Assembly: GCA_965222075.1 (NCBI GenBank)
Contig: OZ244937.1
Coordinates: forward strand, 1,216,001-1,280,000
Source of the DNA: Candidatus Latescibacterota bacterium
GTDB lineage: Bacteria; Latescibacterota; UBA2968; GCA-2709665
Length of the DNA: 64,000 nucleotides
Direction: 5' to 3'
Both the position numbers and the translations under genes were made by a program. Positions within the stretch are counted from its first letter, which is position 1; each line of letters starts with the position of its first letter. The notes under the pieces were generated by a model. That model was not told the origin of the DNA. It did not search any database and saw nothing but the letters and a program-made list of their open reading frames with translations. Below, one piece after another: positions 60,759 through 64,000 of the stretch.

Positions 60759-61095
60759 AAGTCTCTCCTCGTATTTTTTCCAGGTCGTGGCGTCGCCAGG
60801 GTGTCATAACAGGAATGTACATTTCAGACGGGGTGTCAAGCAGAATCAGTGGAGGTCAGAGATGGATGGAGGCCCCGGCGGTGGTTCGGTCGGGGCCTTT
60901 TCTATGCTTTTTTTGCACGAGAGAGCGCTTACCGGGGCCAGGCATCGCTTAACTGAATTTTTTACAATTGGTTAGTTCTATTATGAAATCCTGTACACCC
61001 AAATGAATTGACCACAAGAGCCAACTTTCATATATTTTTTCACGGTGTTTCTTTGTCTTCCTTAGCCTGAAAAATTCAGTGCGAGGATCGGTGCG

Positions 61096-61859
61096 ATGAA
61101 ACGTTCGGAACTTCTTGAACTGATAGCCGGGGGCGAGAACTCCGGCGTGGAGTTCAAGCGGGATGACCTGCGCCCGGAGCAACTCGCGAGGGAAGTGGTG
61201 GCGCTCGCCAACTTTCAGGGGGGCCGCGTCCTTCTCGGAGTGGAAGACGACGGTGCCATCACCGGCATACGGAGAGACCATATCGAACGTTGGGTGATGG
61301 ATTCCGTGTTCGGGCGCGTGGTGCATCCAATGATACTGCCGTTCTACGAGGAAGTTCGGATAGACGATGCACGCCGCGTCGCGGTCATCACCGTTACGCA
61401 AGGTGCTACCAAACCCTACGTCGTCCGGCATCGCGGCAGGGAAGACATCTACATACGGGTCGGCAGCACGTCTCGGCTGGCCTCGCGCGAGCAGCTTTTC
61501 GCTGCCGGCGGGTTGATTCACACGGAACGATTGCCCGTTTCCGGCAGCAGCCTTCGCGATTTGAGCAGGGAACGGCTGGCGGACTACCTCACGGCCATCG
61601 TCGGTGATCGAGATGCACCGGAGACCGACGAGGCATGGTCGCCGGCCAGCGCATTCCCCGCAATTTGCTCATCTCCGAGACGTTGCGGGACTACAGCTAT
61701 TCCGATGCACGCGGCATGGGGGTGCGGAACAAGATCATTCCGTTGATGCGGGCGCAAAACGGCGTTGACCCGGAGTTCAAGGCGACGGAGGACTACTTGC
61801 GGTTGACGCTGCGCAGAGGCTCGCCGAAGCGTTCAGCGCGAAGGTTGAGGGGCATTTGA
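61096..61859 (+). pseudogene. AlbA_2/Schlafen-domain ATP-binding regulator with internal deletion and frameshift
   Basis: GENSGVEFK, VALANFQGG..LGVEDDG and YIRVGS; after ~61637 the C-terminal HATPase-like part (PRNLLI...RGMGV...PEF) is in another frame and the middle of the protein is missing. Confidence 0.8.
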
Positions 61860-61901
61860 AGAAGATGGGCTATCACTATAAGCAAACGAAGGAGGAATAA
61901 C

Positions 61902-62177
61902 ATGTCCGTATCAAAACCCCGGTACAGCAAAGAGGAGTTCGCTCGTCGCGGCGATGAGATTTACGACCGGGACGTAAGCCCTCATGTTGAACCTGATGAC
62001 GAAGGTAAATTTGTGGTTATCGACATCGAGACGGGAGAATATGAGGTTGATCAGGACGAACTGGCTGCATCTGACCGGCTTCTTGCCCGCAGACTCGATG
62101 CACAAATGTGGACAAGACGTGTTGGATCCCGGTATGCCCGCCGATTTGGACCTCGCTACGGGGCGAGTGGGGCATGA
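61902..62177 (+). CDS. small hypothetical protein (YSKEEFARRGDEIY family)
   Basis: AAGGAGG RBS; GKFVVIDIETGEYE motif; ATGA overlap with a downstream protease remnant. Confidence 0.8.
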   Translation: MSVSKPRYSKEEFARRGDEIYDRDVSPHVEPDDEGKFVVIDIETGEYEVDQDELAASDRLLARRLDAQMWTRRVGSRYARRFGPRYGASGA

Positions 62178-62218
62178 TAACCGGCCATGTTACTGCATAT
62201 CGTGAGGGGGAGAACTGA
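62174..62218 (+). pseudogene. 5' remnant of a clan AA aspartic protease
   Basis: MITGHVTAYRE resembles the MITG.V...RE start of the proteases that, from memory, usually follow this small-protein family; it stops after 14 codons. Confidence 0.5.
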
Positions 62219-62221
62219 AAA

Positions 62222-64000
62222 ATGGCCCTGAAGAAGTCCCAACTCTATTCCTCACTCTGGCAAAGCTGCGACGAGTTGCGCGGCGGCATGGACGCCTCGC
62301 AGTACAAGGACTACGTCCTGACGCTGCTGTTCATGAAATACGTCTCGGACAAGCATGCCGGCAACCCCGACGCGCTCATCGAAGTGCCCGCGGGCGGCGG
62401 CTTCGCCGATATGGTGAAACTCAAGGGCGGCAAGGAGATCGGCGAAAAGATCAACAAGATCATCGGGCAACTCGCCGAGGCCAACGACCTCAAGGGTGTC
62501 ATCGATCAGGCCGACTTCAACGACGAGAGCAAGCTCGGCGGGGGCAAGGAGATGCAGGACCGGCTCTCCAGGCTGGTCGCCATATTCGACGGTCTCGACT
62601 TCCGAGCCAACCGGGCCGGGGGCGACGATCTGCTGGGCGACGCATACGAATACCTGATGCGGCACTTCGCCACCGAGTCGGGCAAGAGCAAGGGGCAGTT
62701 TTACACGCCGGCCGAGGTCTCCCGCATCATGGCGAAAGTGATCGGCATCGGCCCGGACACCCGCCCGGATCAGACGATCTACGATCCCACCTGCGGCTCC
62801 GGCTCGCTGCTGCTCAAAGCAGCCGACGAGGTGCCGGGAGGTATCACCATCTACGGCCAGGAGATGGATAACGCCACCTGGGCGCTGGCGCAGATGAATC
62901 TGATCCTGCACGACCACCCGACCGCTGAACTGTGGCGCGGCAACACACTGGCCGCCCCGTATTTCAAGAACCGGGACGGCAGCCTCAGGACCTTCGACTT
63001 CGCCGTTGCCAATCCGCCTTTCTCCGCCAAGGCCTGGTCCAGCGGTCTCAATCCGGAGCACGACGAGTACGGGCGCTTCGAGTACGGTATCCCTCCGGCC
63101 AAGAATGGCGACTACGCCTTCCTCCTGCATTTCATCGCATCGCTCAAGAGCAAGGGCAAGGGCGCGATCATCTTGCCGCACGGCGTGCTGTTCCGCGGCA
63201 ACAGGGAGGCCGATATCCGTAAGAATCTCATCCGACGCGGCCTCATCAAGGGCATCATCGGCCTGCCCGCCAACCTCTTCTACGGTACCGGCATCCCCGC
63301 CTGCATCCTGGTCATCGACAAGGAGAACGCCCACGCCCGCACCGGCATCTTCATGATCGACGCGAGCAAGGGTTTTCTCAAGGACGGCAACAAGAACCGC
63401 CTGCGCGCGCAGGACATCCACCGGATCGTGGAGGTGTTCAACAAGCAGACCGAATTGCCGCGCTCTTCCCGCATGGTGCCGGTAGCCGAGATCGCCAGCC
63501 CGGCCAACGACTATAACCTCAATATCCCGCGCTACATCGACTCCAGCGAGCCCGAGGATCTGCACGACCTCGACGCCCACCTGAACGGCGGCATCCCCGA
63601 CCCCGACCTTGACGCGCTCGACGACTACTGGACGGTCTTCCCCTCGCTGCGCCAGGCGCTGTTCGTGGGTAACGACCGAGCAGGCTACAGCGAGGCTCGC
63701 GTCGAGACGCAGCAGGTGAAGGCCGCCATCCTCGGCCACGACGAGTTCAAGGCTTACGAGCAGCGGGTCGCGGCCATCTTCGACGCCTGGCGCAAGGCCC
63801 ACGAGCCACTCCTTCGGGGTCTCGAGATCAACGCCCTCCCCAAAGAGATCATCCACACCCTGTCGGAAGATCTGCTCACGCGCTTCGCCAACCTGCCGCT
63901 GCTCGACCCCTACGACATCTACCAGAGGCTGCTGGACTATTGGGATGAGGAAATGCAGGACGACGTATACCTCATCGCTTCGGACGGCTGGCGAGCGGGC
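62222..64000 (+). CDS. hsdM: type I restriction-modification methyltransferase HsdM, runs off the right edge
   Basis: Not in the track because it has no stop in the window. MALKKSQLYSSLWQSCDELRGGMDASQYKDY, GQFYTP, YDPTCGSGSLL, ANPPF, LPHGVLFRG and YNLNIPRYI. Confidence 0.95.
   Translation, partial: MALKKSQLYSSLWQSCDELRGGMDASQYKDYVLTLLFMKYVSDKHAGNPDALIEVPAGGGFADMVKLKGGKEIGEKINKIIGQLAEANDLKGVIDQADFNDESKLGGGKEMQDRLSRLVAIFDGLDFRANRAGGDDLLGDAYEYLMRHFATESGKSKGQFYTPAEVSRIMAKVIGIGPDTRPDQTIYDPTCGSGSLLLKAADEVPGGITIYGQEMDNATWALAQMNLILHDHPTAELWRGNTLAAPYFKNRDGSLRTFDFAVANPPFSAKAWSSGLNPEHDEYGRFEYGIPPAKNGDYAFLLHFIASLKSKGKGAIILPHGVLFRGNREADIRKNLIRRGLIKGIIGLPANLFYGTGIPACILVIDKENAHARTGIFMIDASKGFLKDGNKNRLRAQDIHRIVEVFNKQTELPRSSRMVPVAEIASPANDYNLNIPRYIDSSEPEDLHDLDAHLNGGIPDPDLDALDDYWTVFPSLRQALFVGNDRAGYSEARVETQQVKAAILGHDEFKAYEQRVAAIFDAWRKAHEPLLRGLEINALPKEIIHTLSEDLLTRFANLPLLDPYDIYQRLLDYWDEEMQDDVYLIASDGWRAG

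Noticed and set aside
62252-63856. 534 aa minus-strand ORF
   Set aside because: Antisense shadow of the plus-strand hsdM, which has all the expected motifs.
1-64000. CRISPR array, cas genes, retron/DGR reverse transcriptase, prophage
   Set aside because: No regularly spaced direct repeats, RT motifs or phage structural genes were seen.

Overview
High-GC bacterial chromosomal window from a diderm organism (it encodes lptC/lptA-like/lptB; an FCB/Latescibacterota-like lineage is my inference only). From left to right: a TRAP transporter (dctP plus partial dctQ); an orphan MacB/FtsX-type permease; a ~12.5 kb defence island (IS982 remnant, PLD-SNF2 helicase, AbrB/PIN toxin-antitoxin pair, Eco57I-like N6-adenine methyltransferase, an overlapping 210 aa + 1009 aa uncharacterised pair, MNT plus truncated HEPN, short DprA/SLOG protein); nitrilase-family and TPP-enzyme genes; a six-gene hybrid ABC/RND export operon that includes an AcrB-ABC ATPase fusion; a minus-strand block (AmmeMemoRadiSam radical SAM, large beta-propeller protein, TPR, YyaL-DsbD_N, DegT, ceramidase-like); housekeeping genes (FAD/Fe-S oxidoreductase, acyP, apt, tRNA-Arg(CCT), ruvX, mltG, pcrA/uvrD, gatC, pyrG, lptC, lptA-like, lptB, rpoN); and the start of a second defence island ending in a type I hsdM that runs off the window. 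The main observations are: (1) the RND-ABC hybrid exporter; (2) five 27-36 bp CCTGCC(T/C)G...CAG(G/A)C(A/G)GG palindromes inside coding sequences, in frame in four intact genes and frameshifting only in a dead transposase; (3) the candidate defence genes. All calls come from motif recognition by eye; no searches were run.
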